Positions 31,977 to 42,300 of a stretch of DNA of 64,000 bases are shown here, piece by piece; the first letter of the stretch is position 1; every line of letters begins with the position of its first letter. Below the pieces are notes generated by a model. It was not told where the DNA came from, made no database searches, and worked only from the letters and a program-made list of their open reading frames with translations. Location: the NCBI GenBank assembly GCA_963739395.1, contig CAVUAE010000001.1:710056-774055 (forward strand), given 5' to 3'. Source of the DNA: an uncultured Chloroflexia bacterium. GTDB lineage: Bacteria; Chloroflexota; Dehalococcoidia; Dehalococcoidales; RBG-16-60-22. The translations under genes were made by a program, and so were the position numbers.

Positions 31977-32998
31977 AAGCCAAAATAAAACCCCGCATTA
32001 ATCTGGAAGATAGGACACGCCTGGAGAAGGTAATACCCCTCTCCACACCCATGATTCTATTCGTCGACCCATCCAGCGCCTGTAACTTTAAATGTAAGTT
32101 CTGCCCTACCGGTAATCAGGAACTGACAAAATTAACTGGTCGCAAGCAGGGTCTAATGGACTTCGGACTATATAAAAAAATCATCGACGACCTCAAAGAT
32201 TTCGATAAACATCTAAAAGTTCTACGCCTATATAAAGAAGGTGAACCCCTCCTGAATAACCGTCTGGCGGATATGGCCCGCTACGCTAAAGCAAGCGGCG
32301 TTGTAGATTATATCGATACTACTACTAACGCGTCCCTGATGACGCCGGAAAGGATAAAACCAATTATCGAAGCCGGTATGGACAAGATTAATATCTCCGT
32401 CGATGGCATGTCTGACCAGCAGTTTCTAGAGTTCACGGGCGCTAAAGTCGACTTCAAGAAGTACGTAAAGAATATCCAGGCTCTCTATAAAATGAAGGGT
32501 AACTGTGAAATCGTTATCAAGACTACTGGAGATTTCCTGACCGAAGCGGAAAAACAGCGTTTCTACGATACTTTCGGCGACTACGCAGACAGAATTTTTA
32601 TCGAAAACGCCGCGCCTTGCTGGCCGGAATTCGATGTTGAAAACAAGCTCGGAATAAAAATTACCAAAGGAATTTATGACCAGCCGATTGGTAGCGTTAA
32701 TACCTGCCCCTATATTTTTTACTCAATTTCTGTGAATTCCGATGGCTCTGTCAGTGTATGTTTTCTGGATTGGGCGAGAAAACTAATCATCGGCGACGTC
32801 CGTCAGCAGAGCTTAAAAGAAATTTGGGAAGGCGAACGCCTTTTTAAATACCAGATTACCAACCTCCGCGGTAAAAGAAAAGATATCGCCGTATGTGCCG
32901 CCTGTGGGCAACTTTCGCATGGTCAACCTGATGATATCGACCCCTATGTAGATATGCTTGCTGAGCGGCTGTTAGCCGCGCGTAAAAAGGAATCCTAA
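31973..32998 (+). CDS. Radical SAM enzyme with SPASM/twitch-like C-terminus
   Basis: CNFKCKFC (Cx3Cx2C). C-terminal cysteines CPYIF...CFLDW...CAACG. Confidence 0.75.
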   Translation: MKAKIKPRINLEDRTRLEKVIPLSTPMILFVDPSSACNFKCKFCPTGNQELTKLTGRKQGLMDFGLYKKIIDDLKDFDKHLKVLRLYKEGEPLLNNRLADMARYAKASGVVDYIDTTTNASLMTPERIKPIIEAGMDKINISVDGMSDQQFLEFTGAKVDFKKYVKNIQALYKMKGNCEIVIKTTGDFLTEAEKQRFYDTFGDYADRIFIENAAPCWPEFDVENKLGIKITKGIYDQPIGSVNTCPYIFYSISVNSDGSVSVCFLDWARKLIIGDVRQQSLKEIWEGERLFKYQITNLRGKRKDIAVCAACGQLSHGQPDDIDPYVDMLAERLLAARKKES

Positions 32999-34302
32999 TG
33001 CAAATATTGCATCTCACCGCTCATCTGGGGGGTGGGGTAGGTAAGGTCCTGAGCGGGCTGGTCGGGCAAGCGCGTCTGACGGATTCGGAATGCAAGCATG
33101 TCATCGTCTGTCTAGAAAAACCGGAAAAAAATCAATTCATAGATAAAGTCCTCGCTAGTGGTGGGAGAGTTTTCGTCTGCCCGGATTATCGAAGGCTTGA
33201 AAAACTTTTAAAAGACGCCGATGTCGTACAACTTGATTGGTGGAACCATCCCGCAACGATAAAATATCTCTGTTCTATGGCAATACCACCCATCCGCCTC
33301 CTAACATGGTGTCATACATCCGGACTGTATAACCCCATCATTCCTCCGGATCTGATGAAAACTTCGGAGAAATTCGTATTTACCTCAAAATGTTCTTATG
33401 AAGGCAAAGAGGTTAAAAGCCTCCTACCTGCTTTCCAAGACCGGTTTGATGTTGTATCCAGTTGCGGGGGATATGATGGGTTACCCGAAACCAATCTTGC
33501 GATGGAAAAATCCATGTCTGTGGGGTATATCGGCAGCCTGAATTTCGCCAAGCTGCACCCGCGCTATGTCGACTACCTCGCCACGGTAAAAATACCAGCC
33601 TTTAAAGTACGGATAATCGGCGACCTTATGAACCAGGACGTGTTAAATCGGCAGTGTGAACAAGCGGGTAAACCCGGTATGCTGGAATTCACTGGATACA
33701 CAAATGATATTGTAGCCGGGCTAGCTCCAGTTAATGTTCTGGCATATCTTTTAAATCCGGAGCACTACGGTACGGCAGAAAATGCCCTCCTCGAGGCGAT
33801 GGCGATGGGTATTGCGCCTATAGTTTTAGATAACCCGGCCGAGCGCCAGATTGTTGAAGACCACGAGACGGGATTGATTATCCATTCCCCTACTGAATTC
33901 GCTCAGGCTATCGAGTGGCTGGCGGAAAATCCCGCCGAGCGACAAGAACTAAGCAGGCAGGCGGCAAAATCAGTGCGTGATAAGTTCTCCGTCGCCAAAA
34001 TGGCGTCAGCGCTTAGTTCACATTACCGGGAAATAATTCCTAAACAAAAGAAAAACATCAATTTCATCGAGATTTTTGGCTCTGACCCGGCGCAGTGGTT
34101 CCTCTCCTGTCAAAGAGATAAACATATTTTTGCTAAAGACGGCAGTATTAACGCGGATAGCACTACGCCGCTCTCTTACGGACTCTTTGAGAAAACGAAG
34201 GGCACGGTATTTCATTTCCACAGTTATTTCCCGAATAGTTTAAAGCTTGCTTCGTGGGCGGAAAAATTGGAAACTATTGGTAAAATGCAGGGTATTTTAT
34301 AA
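32998..34302 (+). CDS. GT4-type (GT-B) glycosyltransferase
   Basis: E-x7-E region GTAENALLEAMAMGIAPIV. Confidence 0.65.
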   Translation: MQILHLTAHLGGGVGKVLSGLVGQARLTDSECKHVIVCLEKPEKNQFIDKVLASGGRVFVCPDYRRLEKLLKDADVVQLDWWNHPATIKYLCSMAIPPIRLLTWCHTSGLYNPIIPPDLMKTSEKFVFTSKCSYEGKEVKSLLPAFQDRFDVVSSCGGYDGLPETNLAMEKSMSVGYIGSLNFAKLHPRYVDYLATVKIPAFKVRIIGDLMNQDVLNRQCEQAGKPGMLEFTGYTNDIVAGLAPVNVLAYLLNPEHYGTAENALLEAMAMGIAPIVLDNPAERQIVEDHETGLIIHSPTEFAQAIEWLAENPAERQELSRQAAKSVRDKFSVAKMASALSSHYREIIPKQKKNINFIEIFGSDPAQWFLSCQRDKHIFAKDGSINADSTTPLSYGLFEKTKGTVFHFHSYFPNSLKLASWAEKLETIGKMQGIL

Positions 34303-34305
34303 ACG

Positions 34306-35541
34306 ATGAAAAAACTGCCTAAGCAACTCTCACAGATACAACACCTGCACCATCCTTGCCCGATATGCCAGTCGGAAGAAGGCGCGGTGCTTGGTACCCT
34401 GAAATACGCTTTATTTGACGGCAGTCCCATAGCTAATACCTATAACGTAGTCGGCTGTGTCCGCTGCGGCTTTGTGTTTTGTGATACGCCTTCTTCACAG
34501 GCTGATTACGACCGGTTTTATAAGGATTACTTTTATAGCTCTGCCTACCTGACCCGCGAGGCTGGTGCCGAAGAGTTGCAATATCTGGAGCAAACCCTGA
34601 ATATAATAAAGCCTTATCTGGCGGATAAGAGTTCGCGTATTTTTGATCTAGGCTGTGGCACAGGAAGTTTGCTGTCAAGACTACATGCCTTTGGTTATAA
34701 AAACCTTTACGGCGTCGACCTTTCATCTTCATGCGTGGAGTTGGTAAATAAAAAGGGAGGCATTCGGGCGGAGGTAGGGTCGCTGACGAACCTGCCTTTT
34801 ACCGGCATAAAAGCCGACGTTATAATTCTCTGTCATCTCCTGGAGCATGTAATCGACCTGCTGACGGCATTGCAAGGTATTGCGGATAAAGTATCGGAAA
34901 ATGGACTGGTTTACATTGAAGTCCCCGATGCCATGAAATATGGGGCGTTTAAAGACGTCAATCCCTTACGCTTCTTTTATCACCAGCATGTTATTCATTT
35001 TGATAAACCTCATTTGCAGGCTTTGTTTGAAAAAAGTGGTTTTAAACAAATAAAAAGCGGTCATCGTATACGTAAAGAAGGGGAACTATTAGTGCACAGT
35101 GTCTGGGGAATTTTCCGCAAATCTGGAAGTAAATCCAAAGCTATTAAACCCGATTTTACGCTTGCTAATCGGGTAAAGAACTGGTTTAATGATATATCGC
35201 TGGATAAAGATGGAATTCTGGAGAACTTGGCTGCCAGCAAGACACCGGTATATATCTGGGGAATAGGTATCCACGTACAAATGATGCTGGCGATGAGCCC
35301 GCTTGGAAAATGTAATATTAAGTATTTTATTGATAAAGACGAGAGGGTCCAGAAGAAAACCATTAATGGTAAAAAGGTCTATCCTTTAGATAAACTGAAT
35401 GAAGCAAATGAGTATGAAGCTATTGTTATCGGTGCGCCAATGCACAGTGAAAAAATGTACCGTTACCTTATCGAACAAGTAGGCTTTAAAGGACAGGTAA
35501 TAATATGCGGCTTCGGGGATGTGTATCTTAAGAGTAAGTAG
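34306..35541 (+). CDS. Class I SAM methyltransferase with N-terminal Zn-ribbon and extra C-terminal domain
   Basis: CPICQS...CVRCGF ribbon. Motif I IFDLGCGTGSLL. Confidence 0.7.
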   Translation: MKKLPKQLSQIQHLHHPCPICQSEEGAVLGTLKYALFDGSPIANTYNVVGCVRCGFVFCDTPSSQADYDRFYKDYFYSSAYLTREAGAEELQYLEQTLNIIKPYLADKSSRIFDLGCGTGSLLSRLHAFGYKNLYGVDLSSSCVELVNKKGGIRAEVGSLTNLPFTGIKADVIILCHLLEHVIDLLTALQGIADKVSENGLVYIEVPDAMKYGAFKDVNPLRFFYHQHVIHFDKPHLQALFEKSGFKQIKSGHRIRKEGELLVHSVWGIFRKSGSKSKAIKPDFTLANRVKNWFNDISLDKDGILENLAASKTPVYIWGIGIHVQMMLAMSPLGKCNIKYFIDKDERVQKKTINGKKVYPLDKLNEANEYEAIVIGAPMHSEKMYRYLIEQVGFKGQVIICGFGDVYLKSK

Positions 35542-35549
35542 ATTGATTA

Positions 35550-36314
35550 ATGCGGATTATGAAGGGATTATCAATGAAATCAAATGACTTGATTTTTGAT
35601 CTTGGCTTTTTTAACGGCGATGATACCGCCTTTTACCTGGTTAAAGGTTTTCGGGTCATAGCGGTAGAGGCTAATCCAAAATTGGTAACCGCTGGAGTAA
35701 AAAGGTTTAAACAAGAAATAAAGATAAAAAAATTGATACTTTTAAACAAGGCTGTTTGCGAAACTTCCGGAAAAGTTAATTTTTATATTCATGCAACTAA
35801 GCCTGACTGGAGCAGTTGTCTGTTGAATATGGCAGAAAGTGACGGCTCAAAATCTACTCGCGTGACGGTGGATGCAACAAATTTACACAAGCTATTTTCA
35901 GAGTATGGAGTGCCGTACTATTTAAAAGTAGATATTGAGGGCTGCGACTTGCTTGTGGCAAAACAGCTATCTGAATGTAAAGTAAAACCAAAGTTCGTTT
36001 CCTTTGAAATATCTCGCAAGGATTATGATGGGATTTTCTCTAATTTAAAAGCTGCCGGTTACTCCAAATACCAGTTAGTCAATCAGGCAAACAACCCAAA
36101 ACGCGTTATTCCGGGGAAGGTAACTGATAATAAGGGTAATAAATTTATCTTTTCAGAGTTTTCAAGCGGTCTTTTTGGGGAAGATTTACCAAAGGATAAG
36201 TGGCTATCATATCATGAAATACTTAGCTGTTACATAAAATATAAAGAACTAAAACAGATTGACAATGTCGAGCTTGCCCTGGGCTGGCTTGATGTACACG
36301 CAAGAATGGATTAA
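35550..36314 (+). CDS. FkbM-family methyltransferase
   Basis: IFDLGFFNGDDTAFY...VIAVEANP signature. Confidence 0.6.
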   Translation: MRIMKGLSMKSNDLIFDLGFFNGDDTAFYLVKGFRVIAVEANPKLVTAGVKRFKQEIKIKKLILLNKAVCETSGKVNFYIHATKPDWSSCLLNMAESDGSKSTRVTVDATNLHKLFSEYGVPYYLKVDIEGCDLLVAKQLSECKVKPKFVSFEISRKDYDGIFSNLKAAGYSKYQLVNQANNPKRVIPGKVTDNKGNKFIFSEFSSGLFGEDLPKDKWLSYHEILSCYIKYKELKQIDNVELALGWLDVHARMD

Positions 36315-36400
36315 CATGATTTAAAAAGGTCTATTATCTTTCCAGCATGCTTGCCTATTCTTCATGCGATATATGGTAATTATCTTGGAGGATAATCAAT

Positions 36401-37165
36401 ATGACCCAGGCTAGTAATTATTCCGACGAGGTTCGTAAAAATCTGGAGTTAGTATCACAAGACCGCGATTATTTAGGATTAAGCAATGTCTGGGTAAGGG
36501 AGTCTATCAGGCATAAATACGCTTATGGTTTTACCTGGCTTGGCCGACCGATTATGCAAATTCCGCAGGATATTTACGCTATCCAGGAAATCATCTGGGA
36601 AGTTCAACCGGATTTAATAATCGAAACCGGCATCGCACACGGCGGCTCTTTAATCTTAAGCGCCTCTCTTCTTGCCTTGCTGGACTTCTGCAATATGGGG
36701 AAAATACCTGCAAAATCAAACAGATGCGTTATAGGTATCGATATTGAAATACGACCGCATAATCGCAAGGCAATCCAGGCACATCCTTTATCTAAATACA
36801 TCGAAATGTATGAAGGCTCGTCCATATCTCCAGAAATCGTTAAAAAGGTCAAGGAGCGGGCGAAGGATTTTAAAAAGATCGTGTTGTTTTTTGATTCTAA
36901 TCATAGCCATAAACATGTTCTGGCTGAATTGAAGGCTTATGCTATGCTAACGTCCGTGGGCAGTTATTGCGTTGTCTGGGATACGGGCATCGAGGACCTG
37001 CCCGAAGATTTCTACCCCAACCGTCCCTGGGGCAAGGGTAATAACCCGAAAACCGCTGTCGATGCATTCTTAAAAAACACCGACAGCTTTATAATAGATA
37101 AGTCCTTTAACTATAGATTGATGATTACTGCCTCCCAAGACGGTTTTCTAAAAAGAATAAAATAG
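36401..37165 (+). CDS. CmcI (cephalosporin hydroxylase-like) family sugar O-methyltransferase
   Basis: WLGRPIMQIPQDIYAIQEIIWEVQPDLIIETGIAHGGS is typical of the CmcI family. Confidence 0.65.
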   Translation: MTQASNYSDEVRKNLELVSQDRDYLGLSNVWVRESIRHKYAYGFTWLGRPIMQIPQDIYAIQEIIWEVQPDLIIETGIAHGGSLILSASLLALLDFCNMGKIPAKSNRCVIGIDIEIRPHNRKAIQAHPLSKYIEMYEGSSISPEIVKKVKERAKDFKKIVLFFDSNHSHKHVLAELKAYAMLTSVGSYCVVWDTGIEDLPEDFYPNRPWGKGNNPKTAVDAFLKNTDSFIIDKSFNYRLMITASQDGFLKRIK

Positions 37166-37203
37166 GTCTGGAACAACAAACAGATTCTTTGGTAGGGACA
37201 TGA

Positions 37204-38262
37204 ATGTCAGATTGCAGCATTATAATTCCAACTCTTAATCGCCCAGGCTACTTGAAACGCTCGCTGGGTTACTACAACGATTGCCGGATTCCCTACCGGA
37301 TAATAGTCGCGGACGGCAGCTCGGAAGAGGTAAGAAAAGTTAACAAAGCAACAATTTCTTCGCTGCCGGCCCTAAAGATTCTTCACCTGGACTACTATGC
37401 TCCGGAAGTTGGACCCGTCGAAAGAGTCATCGATGCTTTAAAGCATGTAGATACTAAATACAGTATATTCTGTGCTGACGATGATTTTATTACGCCAAAC
37501 GGTATCGACCGCTCGGTAGAATTTCTTGAGAACCATTCTGATTTCGGCGTTGCCCACGGTAGATATATCTCTTTTCATCTGGAAGACGATAAAAAAGGTA
37601 GCAGCAAATTTTGCTGGCGAGCCTTGTACTCACCAGAATCAAATGATGACGACGACCCAGCTGTACGAGTAGTCAATCAGTTATCGCAATACCTACTTCC
37701 GACCTTTTATGCCGTATACAGGACCAAACTCTGTTTGAAGGTTTGGGAAGAGACCGCCCCGTTCTCCATAACATCAGACCGAATTTTCTGCGAATTACTG
37801 GCTTCAATGCTTACCGTACTCTACGGCAAGATGAAATGCCTGGACGTGTTATATAACGCCAGAGACGCAACCTCAACCAGAATGGAAAGTGTCCTAGATA
37901 TGTCGGGTTATAATAAAGAAGGAATGTATCAAGAACTATATGCCAAGTTCAGGGAGTGTTTATCAGCGCATTTGAGCCAGCAAACTCACATGAGCCTTGA
38001 TAAAGCCAAATCAATAATCGATGAAGCCATGGCGACATATATAAAAACACACTATAATAATCTTACTTTCCTCGATTGGCTAGGGAAGGTGTTCAACCAA
38101 TTGAAACTGCCTTTATGGCTCAAAAAAGGGATACGAAAATCTTATCATAGTTTAATGGAGTTAGGACATGCTAAAAAGCCTCTCGGTGATTTAACACCGT
38201 CATCACCGGATTATGACGATATCAACAAGATACGACAGCATGTATTATCTTCTAAAGTTTAA
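37204..38262 (+). CDS. GT2-like glycosyltransferase-domain protein (paralogue A)
   Basis: IIIPTLNRPGYLKRSL...IIVADGS...FCADDDF GT-A-like motifs. Confidence 0.5.
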   Translation: MSDCSIIIPTLNRPGYLKRSLGYYNDCRIPYRIIVADGSSEEVRKVNKATISSLPALKILHLDYYAPEVGPVERVIDALKHVDTKYSIFCADDDFITPNGIDRSVEFLENHSDFGVAHGRYISFHLEDDKKGSSKFCWRALYSPESNDDDDPAVRVVNQLSQYLLPTFYAVYRTKLCLKVWEETAPFSITSDRIFCELLASMLTVLYGKMKCLDVLYNARDATSTRMESVLDMSGYNKEGMYQELYAKFRECLSAHLSQQTHMSLDKAKSIIDEAMATYIKTHYNNLTFLDWLGKVFNQLKLPLWLKKGIRKSYHSLMELGHAKKPLGDLTPSSPDYDDINKIRQHVLSSKV

Positions 38263-38283
38263 TGATAAGAAATTGGATAATTT

Positions 38284-39369
38284 ATGAAACAAAATAAATC
38301 TATCACTATCTTTGTCCCTACCTATAACCGACCTGGCTATCTGAAGCGATTATTAAGTTACTATAACGACTATCAGATACCTTATAAAATAATTATTGCC
38401 GATGGCAGCATAGATGAGATAAAGCGAGCGAACCGACAAACTGTGTCATCATTTCCTGCTCTGAATATACTCCATCTGGATAATTATTCCTCTGAAACCT
38501 CCTCAATCGTTAGAGTAAATGACGCGATGAAACATGTTGATACGAAGTATATTGTGTTCTGTGCCGATGATGATTTTGTAACGCCAAATGGTATCGAACA
38601 ATCAATGGACTTTCTTGAGGCTAACCCCGATTATACGATAGCACACGGCAGATACATTTCCTTTCAGCTTGAAAATGATACCCAAGGGAGAAAAACATTC
38701 CGGTATGAAATTTGCTATTCGCCCGAAATATTAACATCCGATGACCCAGTCGAACGTTTACACCAGCATTTGTCCCGATATACAATGCCCACACTCTATG
38801 CTGTGCATAAAACAGAACTTCTCCGAATGATCTTGGTGGAAAACTACCGATTTTCTGATGTTAAAGAAAGCCTCCTCCCAGATTCGCTGGGTACTAATCT
38901 TGATGTAATCACTGGCAAGATGAAATGCCTGGATATACTGTATTGCGCCAGGGACGGAGAATCCGGCAGAACTGGTAGTTTCACAAATATTAAAGAACTA
39001 ACCAAGGCAGGCCTATACGACAAATTATATGCCGAATTTATTAAGTGCATGGCGATCTACCTGAGCAAAGCATCTAAATTAAGCCTTGATGAATCAATCA
39101 GATTGGTGAATAAATGGGTGAAAGCTCATAATAAAAAGTATGGGTCTAAAAAACCGTTGACTTTAATGATAGCATGGCTGGGGAGAATGTTGGATAAGGT
39201 AGCGCTACCGCACTGGCTTAAAAAGCTAATAAGAAAAACGTACGCAATTCTTACTGGGACAATGAAGCGAAAAAAACAGTCCGAATTTCAACCTCAATCT
39301 TCTCTTGAAGATGAAGATATTGACAAAATACGCCAGCATGTATTGAGTTTCTCCACGAAAAGCAACTAA
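38284..39369 (+). CDS. GT2-like glycosyltransferase-domain protein (paralogue B)
   Basis: Collinear with 37204-38262 along the full length, including the C-terminal DKIRQHVLS. Confidence 0.5.
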   Translation: MKQNKSITIFVPTYNRPGYLKRLLSYYNDYQIPYKIIIADGSIDEIKRANRQTVSSFPALNILHLDNYSSETSSIVRVNDAMKHVDTKYIVFCADDDFVTPNGIEQSMDFLEANPDYTIAHGRYISFQLENDTQGRKTFRYEICYSPEILTSDDPVERLHQHLSRYTMPTLYAVHKTELLRMILVENYRFSDVKESLLPDSLGTNLDVITGKMKCLDILYCARDGESGRTGSFTNIKELTKAGLYDKLYAEFIKCMAIYLSKASKLSLDESIRLVNKWVKAHNKKYGSKKPLTLMIAWLGRMLDKVALPHWLKKLIRKTYAILTGTMKRKKQSEFQPQSSLEDEDIDKIRQHVLSFSTKSN

Positions 39370-39401
39370 AGTTAGAGTTGTTATTTAGTAAAAAACAAGT
39401 A

Positions 39402-40139
39402 TTATCCTAACAAATTGAGATGTTTTAAACCGCAGTACATGATCGTTTCTGGTACATCAAAAATCGCCGCCATTTTACTAATATCTTTAACTTCTGCCCA
39501 TTTGTTCGAGAGTATATCTTTAGGTAATATTATAACTGCGGAAAAAAGGTCAGCCAGCAATTCGTTGAAAGTGCCTTCTCTTAGATACGGTTTTTTTCTA
39601 AAAACTGGACTGGCATTACAATGAGCAAGAATATGGAATAGTTCATGATACAGAGTAAATCTTCTTCTCGCAGGTGAATCTTCGCTATTAAGATGTATTA
39701 CCCAACCGTCCTTCTTTAATCCCCATACGGCACCATGGGTAAATTTCAATGGTACAAGACGGACCTCAACTGGTTGATCGAGGTCAACTTTACCACTTAT
39801 AACAGTGGATACCGGAATTTCTTTTAAGCCTAATTTTTGGGAATAACTGCGAGCTAATTGTATTATTAGTTTGAAAATTCGACTATTAGCTATACATGAA
39901 GGTGTTTCTGGTAGTGTTTTTAAAGATGGTGGCAGAATTAGAGAATCACTATCGAGAAACTTATGCATTACATCGACATATTCAAGATCTTTACTTAAGC
40001 AGTGATTACCATTTTCTCGATATTTACATGACTCATATAGCGGGCAATTTATACCATCACTATTGTTAATAAGCGACCAAAGTTCATTCTCCCAGTCTCC
40101 GTTTCTTCGCTTTATATTTTTTAACTCTACGTCGCTCAA
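39402..40139 (-). CDS. ImmA/IrrE-family zinc metallopeptidase
   Basis: HEXXH motif HELFH. Overlaps and follows an XRE HTH gene. Start uncertain (56-nt overlap). Confidence 0.7.
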   Translation of the reverse strand: MSDVELKNIKRRNGDWENELWSLINNSDGINCPLYESCKYRENGNHCLSKDLEYVDVMHKFLDSDSLILPPSLKTLPETPSCIANSRIFKLIIQLARSYSQKLGLKEIPVSTVISGKVDLDQPVEVRLVPLKFTHGAVWGLKKDGWVIHLNSEDSPARRRFTLYHELFHILAHCNASPVFRKKPYLREGTFNELLADLFSAVIILPKDILSNKWAEVKDISKMAAIFDVPETIMYCGLKHLNLLG

Positions 40140-40470
40140 TTAAGTCCTCTATCATCGTTATTAGGTCTTCATCTAACTCTTCTGGATACATTTTCCGGGC
40201 ATATTCACGAAATTCAGGCCATTCCGTAGATTTCGCTTCAGAGACTCTCGATATATGGCCGACAATGGATAGTATGTTTTCAACCGGAACACCGCTATAA
40301 TCGGCTAATTTTTGACATGAACTAGTATTAGGAATATCATCACCGGATAGCCAACGACTAACTGTTGCATGGCTGATACCAAGGTCAGCCGCTAGCTGAC
40401 TTGGCTTACGTTTACGCCGGCGCATCACCTCCTTTAAAAATATGGAAAAGGAGGTATTTTTTAAATTCAT
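40084..40470 (-). CDS. XRE-family helix-turn-helix transcriptional regulator
   Basis: QLAADLGISHATVSRWLSG HTH. Confidence 0.8.
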   Translation of the reverse strand: MNLKNTSFSIFLKEVMRRRKRKPSQLAADLGISHATVSRWLSGDDIPNTSSCQKLADYSGVPVENILSIVGHISRVSEAKSTEWPEFREYARKMYPEELDEDLITMIEDLIERRRVKKYKAKKRRLGE

Positions 40471-40538
40471 AGATACATCTTAGCATAACTTTTAACCTGA
40501 TTCATAAATTTTTCATTAAATTTTGTTAATAAAACATA

Positions 40539-40560
40539 CTTCTTTAGTATTAAATACTAT
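40539..40560. repeat. 22-nt repeat copy 1 (cttctttagtaTtaaatactat) containing the inverted repeat TAGTA-N5-TACTA
   Basis: Identical apart from one base to 42301-42322. Lies 70-90 nt upstream of the XRE start. Confidence 0.7.
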
Positions 40561-40617
40561 GGCTATAACTCTAGGTTTTCCCGAATTTTATCGGAACGAT
40601 AACTGACTTGTGTCATT

Positions 40618-42288
40618 TTATTTACTCTTCAAATATTCATATTTACGGATTATTTTAACGTCTCCAAGTAGTTCAAAATGGTTAGCATATTTTTCCCAGT
40701 CTTTGTTAATTTTCACTAAATGAGTAAAGACAGCCATATGTTTATCGACCAACTCATTGTCATAATTCATCCGTTCATATACTTTTGATAGAAAATAATG
40801 AGCAAAAGCATGTTCTGGATATTTCTTTGCAATATTATTAAAATACGCTGCAGCCTTTTCGTACTCCCCATGAGACATATTATGATTATTCACGAAATTA
40901 ATGGACAGGTTCATAAGATATGCAATTTCTTCTATTTTATCAGGGTCTACTCCAGGAGCTTTAATGTTTGCCCTAGAAACTATATGGTTATTCATGTCGT
41001 CGTTTATCAGATAGTTATTATCAACACAAATATCATATAGCCTGCTTCCAACAATAGGGGTCGCAATAAAAATATGTACCCAGTCAAATCCAACATCCTT
41101 AAGCATATTCATAGTTTCAAGTCTATGTTCATCCATTTCTCCAGGAAGCCCAACAATAATAAAGGCGTGGACTTGAATATCGTTGTTCTCAAGTATTTTT
41201 ACTTTGTCTTTAATCATGCTAACTTTAAGTGGTTTATTAATGATATTCTGCAAAACATAATCTGATCCTGACTCCACGCCTAAACAAACAATAGTCGCCC
41301 CCGCTTTCTTTAGTAGATACCCTATTTCTTCATCAATTGCATACACCGCAAGCCCATTCGGGAATTCGATTCGTAAACCATATTCACTAATCCTTTTTAA
41401 AATTGCTTTCGCTCTTTCTTTGTCAGCTAAGAAATGATCATCTTCAATCATTAGAACGTTTAATCCAAAGATTTCTTTCATCATTTTCACTTCGTTGATA
41501 ACTTTTTCAACACTCATGAATCTTACTGTTTTACCATGTAACTTCGTATTTGCACAGAAAACGCAGTTGAATGGACAACCTCTGGAAGTATGGATACTCA
41601 TCTCCCTTTTCCCTATTTGTTCAGAGTAACGTTTGTCTAACGATCGCGTATTGTAGTCGTTAAGGTTAACCAACTTATAATCAAATCCAGGTATTTCATC
41701 GAGATTATGGACAAATGAGTTAACCAGTTCTTTTCCAGAATTCAACGTTTTTCTATTAATCCATGATTGATGTTCTTCAATCAGTTTTTTCTGATCTGTA
41801 GCATTTATTAAATCCGCCATAGGTATTTCGCCTTCCCCAAAACATACTGCGTCGATATTAGGAATTTCTTCTAGAATTTTTCTGTATAAATTTGTGGGCA
41901 CCCCCCCTCCGATTACAGTTAAAACAGATTCTGATTGCTCCTTTACAGCAGTTGTAATGGGCTCAATATAATTATATGAAGTATTGAACAAGGCAGAAAT
42001 TCCAACAATATCAGGTTGAAAATAGTGCACTTTATCTTTTACCAGTTCTGTTAAATAAGAAGGACTATATTCACGTTCTCCTAATATAAATTTCAATGCT
42101 TCTACGTTTATATCTAATAAAACTGTTTCAATTCTTATTTTGGCGTTATCTTTAATGAAAGCGTCTATTGACAGCACACCATACGGGATGGTAAATACCG
42201 GCTTGGTGAGTAATGTTGAATTATTCAGATAATCTTCAACTTTAAAGTACGGGGGAATAATAAATAATATTCTTTTTCTGTTACCCAT
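40618..42288 (-). CDS. B12-binding-domain radical SAM enzyme (class B) with TPR-like C-terminus
   Basis: N-terminal cobalamin-binding-like domain, CPFNCVFC (Cx3Cx2C). Very AT-rich coding sequence. Confidence 0.75.
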   Translation of the reverse strand: MGNRKRILFIIPPYFKVEDYLNNSTLLTKPVFTIPYGVLSIDAFIKDNAKIRIETVLLDINVEALKFILGEREYSPSYLTELVKDKVHYFQPDIVGISALFNTSYNYIEPITTAVKEQSESVLTVIGGGVPTNLYRKILEEIPNIDAVCFGEGEIPMADLINATDQKKLIEEHQSWINRKTLNSGKELVNSFVHNLDEIPGFDYKLVNLNDYNTRSLDKRYSEQIGKREMSIHTSRGCPFNCVFCANTKLHGKTVRFMSVEKVINEVKMMKEIFGLNVLMIEDDHFLADKERAKAILKRISEYGLRIEFPNGLAVYAIDEEIGYLLKKAGATIVCLGVESGSDYVLQNIINKPLKVSMIKDKVKILENNDIQVHAFIIVGLPGEMDEHRLETMNMLKDVGFDWVHIFIATPIVGSRLYDICVDNNYLINDDMNNHIVSRANIKAPGVDPDKIEEIAYLMNLSINFVNNHNMSHGEYEKAAAYFNNIAKKYPEHAFAHYFLSKVYERMNYDNELVDKHMAVFTHLVKINKDWEKYANHFELLGDVKIIRKYEYLKSK

Positions 42289-42300
42289 AATAACGTTTAG

